Shown here in pieces: positions 11,486-21,477 of a DNA stretch of 64,000 nucleotides. Below the pieces are notes generated by a model, which did not search any database, was not told where the DNA came from, and saw only the letters and a program-made list of their open reading frames with translations. Position numbers and translations under genes: made by a program. Every line of letters begins with the position of its first letter. Positions within the stretch are counted from its first letter, which is position 1. The DNA is from Candidatus Marinacidobacterales bacterium (GTDB lineage: Bacteria; Acidobacteriota; Vicinamibacteria; Marinacidobacterales; SMYC01): positions 960,001-1,024,000 of the forward strand of contig OZ250169.1 in the NCBI GenBank assembly GCA_965237955.1, written 5' to 3'.

Positions 11486-13468
11486 ATGGAGGGAAGCCGA
11501 CTCAACTGGATCGCCAACTTCATCTGGGGCATCGCGGATGATGTGCTGCGCGACCTCTACGTTCGCGGCAAGTATCGGGATGTGATCTTGCCCATGACCG
11601 TGCTGCGGCGGCTCGACTCGCTCCTTGAGCCGAGCCAGCCGGCCGTGCTGGAGATGAAAACCTCTCTAGACAAGGCGAAGATCATCCACCAGGATCAGGC
11701 ACTGCGTCAGGCTGCTGGTCAGTCTTTCTACAACACATCGAAGTTCACGCTGCGCGACCTCAAGGCCCGTTCCAGCCAACAGCAGCTCAAGGCTGACTTT
11801 GAGGCGTATCTTGACGGTTTCTCGCCGAATGTCCAGGACATCCTGGAGAAGTTCGAGTTTCGGAACCAGATTCCCCGCCTATCCAAGGCCGATGCCCTCG
11901 GCACGCTGATCGAGAAGTTCCTCTCGCGGGACGTGAACCTGAGTCCCCACCCGGTCCTCCATGGTGACGGGTCGATCAAGCACCCCGGCCTGGATAACCA
12001 CGCGATGGGCACGATCTTCGAGGAGCTGGTCCGCCGCTTCAACGAGGAGAACAACGAGGAGGCCGGCGAGCACTGGACCCCGCGCGATGCCGTGACGCTG
12101 ATGGCGAAGCTGGTCTTCTTGCCTGTCGCCGACCAGATCGACTCGGGGACCTACCTGGTATACGACGGCGCCTGCGGCACGGGTGGCATGTTGACAGTGG
12201 CCGAGAAGACGTTGACGCAGCTCGCCGAGCAGCGCGGCAAGCAGGTCGCCACCCATCTCTACGGCCAGGAGATCAACTCCGAAACCTACGCCATCGCCAA
12301 GGCGGATCTCCTCCTCAAGGGCGAGGGAGAAGCCGCCGACAACATCGTCGGGGGGCCGGAACACTCGACGCTCTCCAACGACGCCTTTCCGTCTCGCGAG
12401 TTCGACTTCATGCTCTCCAACCCGCCCTACGGCAAGAGCTGGAAGAACGACCTGGAGCGTCTGGGTGGCAAGGCGGGCATCAAGGACCCGCGCTTTCTGA
12501 TCGAACACGGCGGTGATGCTGAGTACTCGCTCATCACCCGCTCCAGCGACGGTCAGATGCTGTTCCTGGCGAACATGCTCTCGAAGATGAAGCGCGACAC
12601 CCCGTTGGGGAGCCGCATCGCCGAGGTCCACAACGGCAGCTCGCTCTTCACCGGAGACGCCGGTCAGGGGGAGAGCAACATCCGCCGCTGGATCATAGAG
12701 AACGACTGGCTGGAGGCGATCGTCGCCCTGCCGCTCAACATGTTTTACAACACCGGCATCGCCACCTACATCTGGGTGTTGACCAACCGCAAGCCTGAGC
12801 CCCGTCGAGGCAAAGTACAGTTGATCGACGCTACCGGGTGGTACCGGCCGCTCCGCAAAAACCTCGGCAAGAAGAACTGCGATCTGTCCGAGGAGGACAT
12901 CACCCGCATCTGCGACACGTTCCTGGCCTTCGAGGAGACCGAGCAGTCGAAGATCTTTCCGAACGCCGCCTTCGGGTACTGGAAGGTGACAGTCGAGCGA
13001 CCCCTCCGGCTCACGGGGATCGACCCCGACCGGGCTTACGCGGCGAAGGAGGTCAAGGCGCTCAAGGAAACCGCCGCGCGGGACGAGAGTGCCCCGCCCG
13101 TTATCAGGAAGATCCACAAGCGCGGTATCGACCCCAACCCGCTGGTCGGCCTGTTCACGGCGACCGTCAGCGGGAAGCGATGCGTCGTCGAGTACGAGCC
13201 GGACAGCGACCTGCGTGACACCGAGCAAGTGCCGCTATTGGAGGAGGGCGGCGTCGAGGCGTTCCTGCGCCGTGAGGTGCTCCCGCACGCAGCCGACGCC
13301 TGGTACGTCTCGGACAGTGTCAAGACCGGCTATGAGATCAGCTTCACCCGCTACTTCTACAAGCCGCAGCCGCTCCGCACGCTGGAGGAGATCCGCGCCG
13401 ACATCCTGGCGGTGGAGAAGGAGACCGAGGGGCTGCTCGGCGACATTCTCAATATCTCGGAGAATTAG
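11486..13468 (+). CDS. hsdM: Type I R-M methyltransferase
   Basis: NFIWGIADDVLRD, AGEHWTPRD, YDGACGTGGML, YGQE, NPPY, YEPDSDLRDTE, GYEISFTRYFY. Confidence 0.96.
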   Translation: MEGSRLNWIANFIWGIADDVLRDLYVRGKYRDVILPMTVLRRLDSLLEPSQPAVLEMKTSLDKAKIIHQDQALRQAAGQSFYNTSKFTLRDLKARSSQQQLKADFEAYLDGFSPNVQDILEKFEFRNQIPRLSKADALGTLIEKFLSRDVNLSPHPVLHGDGSIKHPGLDNHAMGTIFEELVRRFNEENNEEAGEHWTPRDAVTLMAKLVFLPVADQIDSGTYLVYDGACGTGGMLTVAEKTLTQLAEQRGKQVATHLYGQEINSETYAIAKADLLLKGEGEAADNIVGGPEHSTLSNDAFPSREFDFMLSNPPYGKSWKNDLERLGGKAGIKDPRFLIEHGGDAEYSLITRSSDGQMLFLANMLSKMKRDTPLGSRIAEVHNGSSLFTGDAGQGESNIRRWIIENDWLEAIVALPLNMFYNTGIATYIWVLTNRKPEPRRGKVQLIDATGWYRPLRKNLGKKNCDLSEEDITRICDTFLAFEETEQSKIFPNAAFGYWKVTVERPLRLTGIDPDRAYAAKEVKALKETAARDESAPPVIRKIHKRGIDPNPLVGLFTATVSGKRCVVEYEPDSDLRDTEQVPLLEEGGVEAFLRREVLPHAADAWYVSDSVKTGYEISFTRYFYKPQPLRTLEEIRADILAVEKETEGLLGDILNISEN

Positions 13469-13611
13469 CAATGACAGACGCGCCCAAGGTTTATCTCGTC
13501 AGAGCTGGCCGAAATGGTGAAGATGAGGACTACGCGCTAACGCATAATCTCGCCATCATAGGCTTTCAGAATGTGCCATCTCTAGAAGGGACGAAAGGCT
13601 ATGATGAGCTA

Positions 13612-14794
13612 GTCCCCTGGATCTTTAATTACTGTCCAAATTCGATTTGCCATGTGTATCGAGCGTTCGCTGGGCGAACCGAGCGATGGTTTCGAGGATT
13701 TGGTCGGCGGATTTCGTCCACTTGAACGGCTTTGGGTTCTCGTTGTGAGCATCGAGATAGTCTTGTATCGCAACGCGGAGCTGAGGCACGCTCGTGTGCG
13801 AGCCTCGTCGCAAGGCGTGTTCGGTGAGCAAGCCAAAGAAGCGCTCAGCGAAGTTGAGCCAAGAGGCGTGTGTCGGTGTGAAGTGAAAGTGGAAGCGAGG
13901 TCGCTTGGAAAGCCAGCATTTGATCGCCGGTGTCTTGTGCGTGGCGAGATTGTCGAGCACGACGTGGATGTCCAACTCGCTGGGAACGGCTGCTTCGATC
14001 TCAGCGAGGAACTTCTTGAACTCTAGCGCTCGATGTCGCGCGTAGCACTTTCCGAAGACTTCACCTGTTGCGGCGTCGAGTGCGGCAAACAGGTCAGTCG
14101 TTCCATGCCGAATGTAGTCGTGGGTTTGTCGCTCGGGCTGGCCCAAGCTCATGGGCAGGACAGGTTGAGCACGCTCGAGCGCTTGAATCTGCGATTTCTC
14201 GTCGACGCACAGGACGACCGCGTTATCCGGTGGGTTCATATACAGGCCAACAACGTCGCGTACTTTTTCGACCAGTTGTGGGTCTTGCGAGAGACGAAAC
14301 GATTCCGAGCGGTGCGGTTGAAGCCCGAACGTTCACCAAATACGTCCAATCGTCGAATGACTCAGCCCAAGATGCTTGGCCATCGAGCGCGTACTCCAAT
14401 GGGTTCTCCCCTTTGGAGTCGTCTCCAGCGTCTTGGTCACGACTTCCTCGATCTGGTCATCGCCGATTTTGCGAGCCGCTCCCGGCCGAGGTTCGTCGTA
14501 CAACCCTTCCATTCGTTGTTCTACAAAGCGTCTTCGCCACTTGCCCACCGTGCTCCTCATGGTGTGCATCTTCCTAGCAACTTCCATATTCGTCAGACCC
14601 GCCGCGCAATCCAGCACGATCTTCGCTCGGAAGGCTTGGTGCGGCGAACTACGGCTGCGTCGCGCCAGTCGCGTCAGCGCTTCGCTTTCTTGAGACGACA
14701 GCTTCAATTCGGCTTTTCGCCGGCCCTTGTGTTTCATGCATTTAGCAGATCACAGAAGGGCCGGTGTTGTCTAGCTTTTTCTGTTCCATGGGAC
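13612..14794 (-). mobile_element. IS630-family element with a nonsense-disrupted transposase (14737..13625)
   Basis: CTAG at both junctions; ends gtccc/gggac. Motifs [44 protein letters not shown]. In-frame TGA at 14333. Confidence 0.92.
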
Positions 14795-14796
14795 TA

Positions 14797-14923
14797 GTTC
14801 CCTGTATCAGAACAAACTAGATAAAGCAGAGCTTGCCGAAACCATTCTAAGTGCATGAATCTTATGAATCTTATGGGCTGGCGAAAAGCCTAACTTTGTA
14901 TAGTAATCAAAAATCCAGGGGAC
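14797..14923. mobile_element. ~127-bp MITE-like element related to the adjacent IS630
   Basis: Bounded by CTAG. Its right end atccaggggactag is the inverse of the IS630 end ctagtcccctggat. AT-rich and non-coding. Confidence 0.75.
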
Positions 14924-15836
14924 TAGCCAACCTCGTGAGCGAGGCGCTACCTGACCGGAAGCCACGTGCTGTCGGTAATTTCGCGGGACAACTCGGGGCC
15001 TTCGCGCTTGCAATGCGGGAAGGTGACATTGTCGTCCTGCCACGCAAGCTCACCTCGCAGATCGCCATCGGCCGTGTGACCGGACCCTACAGATATCAGC
15101 ACTTGAACACTGAGTCGCGGCACACGCGGCCGGTGGAGTGGTTGCAACCCGACCTTCCGCGCACCACCTTCAAGCAGGACCTGCTCTATTCGTTCGGCGC
15201 GTTCATGACAGTCTGCAACATCTCGCGCCACGACGCCGCCCGGCGCGTCGTGGCCGTGCTCAAAGGCAAACCGGATCCAGGGCCTTCTGTCCCCTTGAAG
15301 AGCCCGACCGTATCGCCGCCGCCAACAGACGAAAGCGAATCCATACCAGACCTGTCGCAGGTGGCCCACGACCAGATCGTTGCCCAGATCCAGTCGCGGT
15401 TCGCTGGGCATGCGCTGGCGCGACTCGTGGATGCCGTGCTACGGGCCGATGGTTGGGTGACAAAGATCTCCCCGCCTGGACCAGACGGAGGTGTGGACAT
15501 TCTCGCGGGAAGTGGTTCACTGGGGTTGGACGTGCCACGCCTTTGTGTGCAGGTCAAGTCGCAGAACACCTCCGTCGACGTAACCGTGTACCGGACCTTA
15601 AAGGGCACTATGCATACCTTCAAAGCGGAGCAGGGGTTGCTCGTTTGTTGGGGCGGCTTCAACAAGAAGGTTCTACAGGAATCGCAGCAAAGCCACTTCA
15701 TGGTGCGTCTGTAGGACAGCAGCGATCTCGTGGGAGCCATCTATCGCAACTACGAACGACTGCCAGCGGAAATCCAGGCGGAGTTGCCGCTGAAACGGGT
15801 GTGGATGCTCGTAGTAGAAGAACCCGCGGAATAAAC

Positions 15837-17201
15837 GTGGATTTCAAACCCTACCCGACGTACAAGGACTCCGGCGTGCCGTGGCTCGGCGAGGTGCCGG
15901 CGCATTGGGAGATGGAACGCGGGAAATGGTTGTTCCGCAAGATGAATCGGCCTATCCGGGATGCCGACGAAGTCGTAACGTGCTTTCGTGACGGGATTGT
16001 CACCCTCAGAAAGAACCGGCGGGTTCGCGGCTTTACGGAATCGTTGAAGGAGATCGGCTACCAGGGAATTCGCCGGGGCGACCTTGTGATCCACGGGATG
16101 GATGCGTTTGCTGGTGCGATTGGTGTGGCCGACTCCGACGGCAAGGGCACGCCGGTCTACTCTGTTTGCAAACCTGGGCTGACAGCGAACGCTCCGTACT
16201 ACGCCTATGCGTTGCGCGAAATGGCACGGAGCCAGTGGATTCAGGCGCTCGCAAAGGGGATTCGCGAGAGGTCAACCGACTTTCGATTTGAGGGTTTCGG
16301 TTCACAGCCGGTCCCACTTCCCCCCCGCACCGAACAAGCCGCCATCGTCCGCTTCCTCGACTACGCCGACCGCCGCATCCGGCGCTACATCCGCGCCAAG
16401 CAGAAGCTGATCACGCTGCTGGAGGAGCAAAAGCGGGCCATCATCCACCAAGCCGTCACCGGCCAGATCGACGTCCGCACCGGCCAGCCCTATCCGGCTT
16501 ACAAGCCCTCCGGCGTGGAGTGGCTGGGGGATGTGCCGGAGCATTGGGAGGTGCGGCGGCTCAAGACTGTTTGCGGCATGAAGAGTGGGGACGGCATTAC
16601 CGCAATGTCGATTGAGCCTGCAGGGGAGTACCCTGTCTATGGCGGAAATGGACTGAGAGGTTATACATCAAGCTACACCCACGATGGAAACTTCGCGTTG
16701 ATTGGCAGACAGGGCGCGCTATGTGGAAATGTCCATATCGCTCAAGGGCGATTCTGGGCTTCGGAGCACGCGGTGGTTGCGACTGTCCATTCTGGTCACG
16801 CCCTTGAGTGGTTCGGGGCCATCCTGGGAGTCATGAATCTGAACCAGTATTCGATCGCCGCTGCCCAGCCAGGGCTGTCTGTCGAGCGAGTGCTGAACCT
16901 CTGGTTACCCGTACCTCCTTCAGAGGAACAAGCAGTCATCACAACATCTATTGAACAGCAAACCGCTGGTACCGACACCGCCATCGATCGCGCTAGGCGC
17001 CAAATCAACCTCCTCCGCGAGTACCGCACCCGCCTGATCGCCGACGTGGTCACCGGCAAGCTCGACGTGCGCGAGGCGGCCTCCCGGCTGCCGGACGAGG
17101 TCGAAGAACCGGAGCTACTCGACGAGACCGATGCCCTCACCGAGGGCGAAGAAGAGCCCACCGACGACCTCGCCGCCGCCCCCGAGGAGGCCGCGGTGTG
17201 A
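15837..17201 (+). CDS. hsdS: Type I R-M specificity subunit
   Basis: Two conserved repeats (PYPTYKDSGVPWLGEVPAHW, PYPAYKPSGVEWLGDVPEHW), two TRDs and EYRTRLIADVVTGKLDVR. GTG start at 15837. Confidence 0.95.
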   Translation: MDFKPYPTYKDSGVPWLGEVPAHWEMERGKWLFRKMNRPIRDADEVVTCFRDGIVTLRKNRRVRGFTESLKEIGYQGIRRGDLVIHGMDAFAGAIGVADSDGKGTPVYSVCKPGLTANAPYYAYALREMARSQWIQALAKGIRERSTDFRFEGFGSQPVPLPPRTEQAAIVRFLDYADRRIRRYIRAKQKLITLLEEQKRAIIHQAVTGQIDVRTGQPYPAYKPSGVEWLGDVPEHWEVRRLKTVCGMKSGDGITAMSIEPAGEYPVYGGNGLRGYTSSYTHDGNFALIGRQGALCGNVHIAQGRFWASEHAVVATVHSGHALEWFGAILGVMNLNQYSIAAAQPGLSVERVLNLWLPVPPSEEQAVITTSIEQQTAGTDTAIDRARRQINLLREYRTRLIADVVTGKLDVREAASRLPDEVEEPELLDETDALTEGEEEPTDDLAAAPEEAAV

Positions 17202-20197
17202 CAACCGACACCAGCGAACGCGGCCTCGAACGGCTGATCTGCACCGTCCTGACTGGCAGTCCCTGCGATGCCGGGTTGGCACAGGGTGACCCAGAAAGGG
17301 AAGCCGCCACTCTCTCGGGTGGGGTCGGCTGGATCTGCGGCGACCCGAACGACTACGACCGCGAGTACACGGTCGATCTGGCGCAGCTGCTCGCCTTCCT
17401 CATAGAGACGCAACTGGATGCGTTCGAGGGCCTGGGCCTCGAAGACGATGGCCCAGCGCGCCGGAAGTTCCTTGCGCGCCTCCAGGGCGAGGTCAGCAAG
17501 CGCGGCATCATCGACGTACTCCGCAAAGGGGTCAAGGACGGGCCGTATCACGTCGAGCTCTTCTACGGCACGCCGTCTCCCGGCAACCCCCTCGCCGCTG
17601 AACGCTACGCCCAGAACCGCTTCTCGGTCACGCGCCAGCTCCGCTACAGCCGTGACGAGACCCAGCGGGCGCTCGACCTAGGGCTCTTCATCAACGGCCT
17701 GCCGGTTGCCACGTTCGAGCTGAAGAACAGCCTCACCAAGCAGACGGTCGAGGACGCCACAGAGCAGTACAAGCGTGACCGCGACCCCCGTGAGAAGCTC
17801 TTCGAGTTCGGCCGCTGCGTGGCGCACTTCGCGGTGGACGACCACGAGGTGCGGTTCTGCACCCGCCTCATGGGCAAGGGCTCGTGGTTCCTGCCCTTCA
17901 ACCAGGGCTGGAACGACGGCGCAGGCAACCCGCCGAACCCGAACGGCCTCAAGACCGACTACCTCTGGACGCGCCTGCTCACCCGCGACGGGCTGACCGA
18001 CATCCTGGAGAACTATGTGCAGGTCGTCGAGACCAAGGATGAGAAGACGGGTAAGAAGAGGAGGAAGCAGATCTGGCCGCGCTACCACCAGCTCGACGTG
18101 GTGCGCCGGCTCTTGGCCGACACGCGCCAGCACGGCGCAGGGAAGCGGTATCTCATCCAGCATTCGGCCGGTAGCGGGAAGTCGAACTCCATCGCCTGGC
18201 TCGCCCACCAGTTGATTGGGTTGCGGAAGGACGCTGCCGGGGTGTTCGACTCCATCATCGTGGTCACCGACCGCCGCATCCTCGACCGGCAGATTTGCGA
18301 CACGATCAAGCTGTTCGCTCAGGTCGGGGCCACCGTCGGCCATGCCGAACGCTCGGCTAACCTCCGCACGTTTATCGAGAGCGGCAAGAAGATCATCATC
18401 TCAACGGTGCAGAAGTTCCCGTTCATCCTCGACGAGATTGGGAACGAGCAGCGGGGCCGGCGCTTCGCCATCATCATTGACGAGGCGCATTCGAGCCAGA
18501 CCGGCAGGACCTCGGCAGCGGTCAGCATGGCGCTCTCCGAGGCGGGCGCTGCCGAGGACGATGAGACCACCGAGGACGCGGTCAACCGCATCATGGCCGC
18601 GCGGAAGCTTCTCCCGAACGCGAGCTACTTCGCCTTCACCGCTACGCCCAAGAACAAGACGCTGGAGATCTTCGGCGAGGCGTACGACGCGGGCGGGCAG
18701 ACCAGGCACCGCCCCTTCCACAGCTACACCATGAAGCAGGCGATCCAGGAGGGCTTTATCCTGGACGTGCTGCGGTACTACACGCCGGTCGAGAGCTACT
18801 ACAAGCTCATCAAGAAGGTCGAGGATGATCCCGAGTTCGACACGAAGCGCGCCCGGAAGAAGCTGCGCCGCTACGTCGAGATCCACGATTATGCCATCCG
18901 GCTCAAGGCCGAGATCATGGTGGACCACTTCCACGAACAGGTGCTGGCGCTCAACAAGATCGGTGGCAAGGCACGCGCGGTGGTGGTGACGGGCGGCATC
19001 GAGCGCGCGATTCAGTATTACCATGCAATCCGGCAGTACCTCCTGGAGCGCAAGAGCCGGTATCAGGCCATCGTCGCCTTCTCAGGCGAGCACGAGTATG
19101 GCGGGATACAGGTCAGTGAGTCGTCCCTCAATGGCTTCCCGTCCGGGCGGATCGCCGACAAGATCCAGCAGGACCCGTATCGGTTCCTCATTTGTGCCGA
19201 CAAGTTTCAGACCGGGTACGACGAGCCGCTGTTGCACACGATGTACGTAGACAAGATCTTGTCCGGGATCAAGGCGGTCCAGACGCTGTCGCGTCTCAAT
19301 CGAGCGCACCCGCAGAAACACGACGCGTTCGTGCTCGACTTCATGAACGATGCCGACACCATCCAAGAGGCGTTCGCTGACTACTACCGGACGACGGTCC
19401 TGAGTGAGGAGACGGACCCCAACAAGCTGCACGACCTCAAGGCCGCGCTCGACGGCTATCAGGTGTATGCCGACGCAGAGATCGACCAGCTCGTGACGCT
19501 CTACCTGGATGGGGCGGACCGCGACCAGCTCGACCCCATCCTCGACGCCTGCGTCGCGGTCTACAAGGAGCAGCTCGACGAGGACGGGCAGGTGGACTTC
19601 AAGGGCAAGGCCAAGGCGTTCGAGCGCGCGTACGGCTTCCTCGCCTCAATCCTGCCGTACAAGAACGCCGAGTGGGAGAAGCTCTCTATCTTCCTGAACT
19701 TCCTCGTGCCGAAGCTCCCCGCGCCCGTGGAAGAGGATCTGTCCAAAGGCATCCTTGAGTCCATCGACATGGACAGCTACCGGGTTGAGAAGAAGACGGC
19801 GATACACGTCCAACTGGCGGACGAGGATGCTGAGATCCAGCCGGTTCCGACTAACGGCGGCGGCCACAGACCGGACCCCGAACTCGACCGCCTCTCGAAC
19901 ATCCTCAAGAGCTTTAACGACCAGTTCGGGAATATCCCCTGGACCGACGGCGATCATGTCCACCGACTCATCACGGAGGACATCCCGAACCGCGTGGCGG
20001 CTGACCGGGCCTATCAGAACGCCAAGCAGAACTCCGACAAGCAGAACGCGCGGATCGAGCACGACAAGGCACTTCGGCGGGTGATGACGGCACTGCTGAA
20101 GGATGACACGGAGTTGTTCAAGCAGTTCAGCGACAACGAGTCGTTCCGGCGGTGGCTGACGGACACGATCTTCGCGATCACCTACAAGGCCGCGTAG
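17198..20197 (+). CDS. hsdR: Type I R-M restriction subunit
   Basis: 999 aa. DLGLFINGLPVATFELKN nuclease motif, QHSAGSGKS, DEAH, FTATP, KFQTGYDEP, QTLSRLNR. Confidence 0.96.
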   Translation: MTTDTSERGLERLICTVLTGSPCDAGLAQGDPEREAATLSGGVGWICGDPNDYDREYTVDLAQLLAFLIETQLDAFEGLGLEDDGPARRKFLARLQGEVSKRGIIDVLRKGVKDGPYHVELFYGTPSPGNPLAAERYAQNRFSVTRQLRYSRDETQRALDLGLFINGLPVATFELKNSLTKQTVEDATEQYKRDRDPREKLFEFGRCVAHFAVDDHEVRFCTRLMGKGSWFLPFNQGWNDGAGNPPNPNGLKTDYLWTRLLTRDGLTDILENYVQVVETKDEKTGKKRRKQIWPRYHQLDVVRRLLADTRQHGAGKRYLIQHSAGSGKSNSIAWLAHQLIGLRKDAAGVFDSIIVVTDRRILDRQICDTIKLFAQVGATVGHAERSANLRTFIESGKKIIISTVQKFPFILDEIGNEQRGRRFAIIIDEAHSSQTGRTSAAVSMALSEAGAAEDDETTEDAVNRIMAARKLLPNASYFAFTATPKNKTLEIFGEAYDAGGQTRHRPFHSYTMKQAIQEGFILDVLRYYTPVESYYKLIKKVEDDPEFDTKRARKKLRRYVEIHDYAIRLKAEIMVDHFHEQVLALNKIGGKARAVVVTGGIERAIQYYHAIRQYLLERKSRYQAIVAFSGEHEYGGIQVSESSLNGFPSGRIADKIQQDPYRFLICADKFQTGYDEPLLHTMYVDKILSGIKAVQTLSRLNRAHPQKHDAFVLDFMNDADTIQEAFADYYRTTVLSEETDPNKLHDLKAALDGYQVYADAEIDQLVTLYLDGADRDQLDPILDACVAVYKEQLDEDGQVDFKGKAKAFERAYGFLASILPYKNAEWEKLSIFLNFLVPKLPAPVEEDLSKGILESIDMDSYRVEKKTAIHVQLADEDAEIQPVPTNGGGHRPDPELDRLSNILKSFNDQFGNIPWTDGDHVHRLITEDIPNRVAADRAYQNAKQNSDKQNARIEHDKALRRVMTALLKDDTELFKQFSDNESFRRWLTDTIFAITYKAA

Positions 20198-20249
20198 GAG
20201 GTGCGGGGGCTCGGGCTCCCGAGCTGGCTGACGATGGAGGGTGCGCGCG

Positions 20250-20356
20250 GACCCTCTCAAGCATTGCCGGACCCTGATTGAGGCCGAATCCGAGGCAAGT
20301 AAGGACACTAAGGAGGTCCAGGCCCACCTGGACCAGAACGTGCTAGCCCGCTACGC
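20250..20356 (+). pseudogene. Possible scrap of the C-terminal region of a second, long-form HsdM
   Basis: LIEAESEASKDTKEVQAHLDQNVLARYA resembles, from memory, the helical C-terminal extension of long HsdM proteins. Confidence 0.3.
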
Positions 20357-21477
20357 TGCGGTAGCCCAGGTCTCGATTCTGGGCCTTTCGGGCGGCCTCT
20401 CTTCCGCCGCCGCACGGGCCGGTCCGCGCCCGTTCTCCTATTGGGCGCAAACGTGGCACTCGAAAATCGAGATTAGAGACGAAAACCGAAAATGAGGCCC
20501 GTTCCGCCCTTCTAGCGGGTCTCTGGTGCCACCTATCCCTGCAAAACCCCGCCAACCGCGCGGAAAATCTCACGCGTCTCTGCAGTGCCACAATTGGCTA
20601 GACTGGGTGGCGGATGGTGCAGGTTGGAGCTATCCGGTCTCGGCAAAAGGCGGTCCAGCTTTTGGCGGAAATCCTCAAAAAGAAAAGTAAGTGGAGATTC
20701 AGGAGGTTTCGAGTTTCGCGCATTTCTTGACTTTTTTGACGCGTACACAGGTTTTACGAGAAGGCTGTTTTACGCCCTCTCGGGTTTCAACCATGATGCC
20801 AATTTCGTTCCATCCTGTTTCCCTACAGTGATTTAACGGCCTCCGTCACGTGCTGGTCCCCGCACGCATTATCGACGGGTGGTCGTTCGAGCCGGAATTT
20901 TAATTGGCTTTAATCAGATTTTCTATACGGCAATTTCAACCTCCTGGACGCCTGAAAGAAGGCCGTGTCGTGAACCCTCCGGCGCCACCGCCGGCCGTTA
21001 CTCATTGTTATAAAAAGCTTTACGTCTCATCAGCGAATATTCGTCGACGGGAACATCTTTCCAGCTATCGCAGTCGGGAGGCTTGAGTGGGGGCGAGTGG
21101 GAGCTTCCGGTTCTTGGCTGGAAACGATCAGAAACAGAGCAAAACAGGTCCTTAGCGTGCAATTTGGGGCGATTTTGGGGCTTATCGTGTCGTTTTTCCA
21201 CTTAATCGCGCAGACAATGAGAAGACGCTCTACGCCTAGATCGCGCCTGAGGAGAAGGCAAATGGCGGAATTCGAATTGGCCAAACCTCGAATTCATCCA
21301 GTGGAGTTTTACGGAGGAAACGAAGATGACTCCGCAGACGGTCCAGTACAAGGAGCTATCCGAGTCTGGAAACCATGACAGGGAATTTGGGCCAGTTTGA
21401 GGCTGATTGGTGGAGGCCAGTGTCGGAGAGCAGCTTGCTGCTAACCGAGCCCATTCACGAAGTGGGCGCTGGCAGGC

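Larger units (their letters stand above)
13471..15834 (+). pseudogene. Mrr-like restriction endonuclease, split by IS630 plus a MITE and carrying an internal TAG at 15712
   Basis: Removing the inserts restores YDELANLVSEAL. C-terminal GPDGGVDILAG...CVQVKS PD-(D/E)xK motif. Homologous frame continues past the TAG (probably TGG originally) to TAA at 15834. Confidence 0.85.

Noticed and set aside
15138-15836. N-terminal extension of the 687-aa hsdS ORF
   Set aside because: Alternate frame over the Mrr-like gene; HsdS starts at 15837.
20852-20867. ctggtccccgcacgca resembles half of a type I-E CRISPR repeat
   Set aside because: Single partial match with no palindromic second half and no repeat-spacer periodicity.
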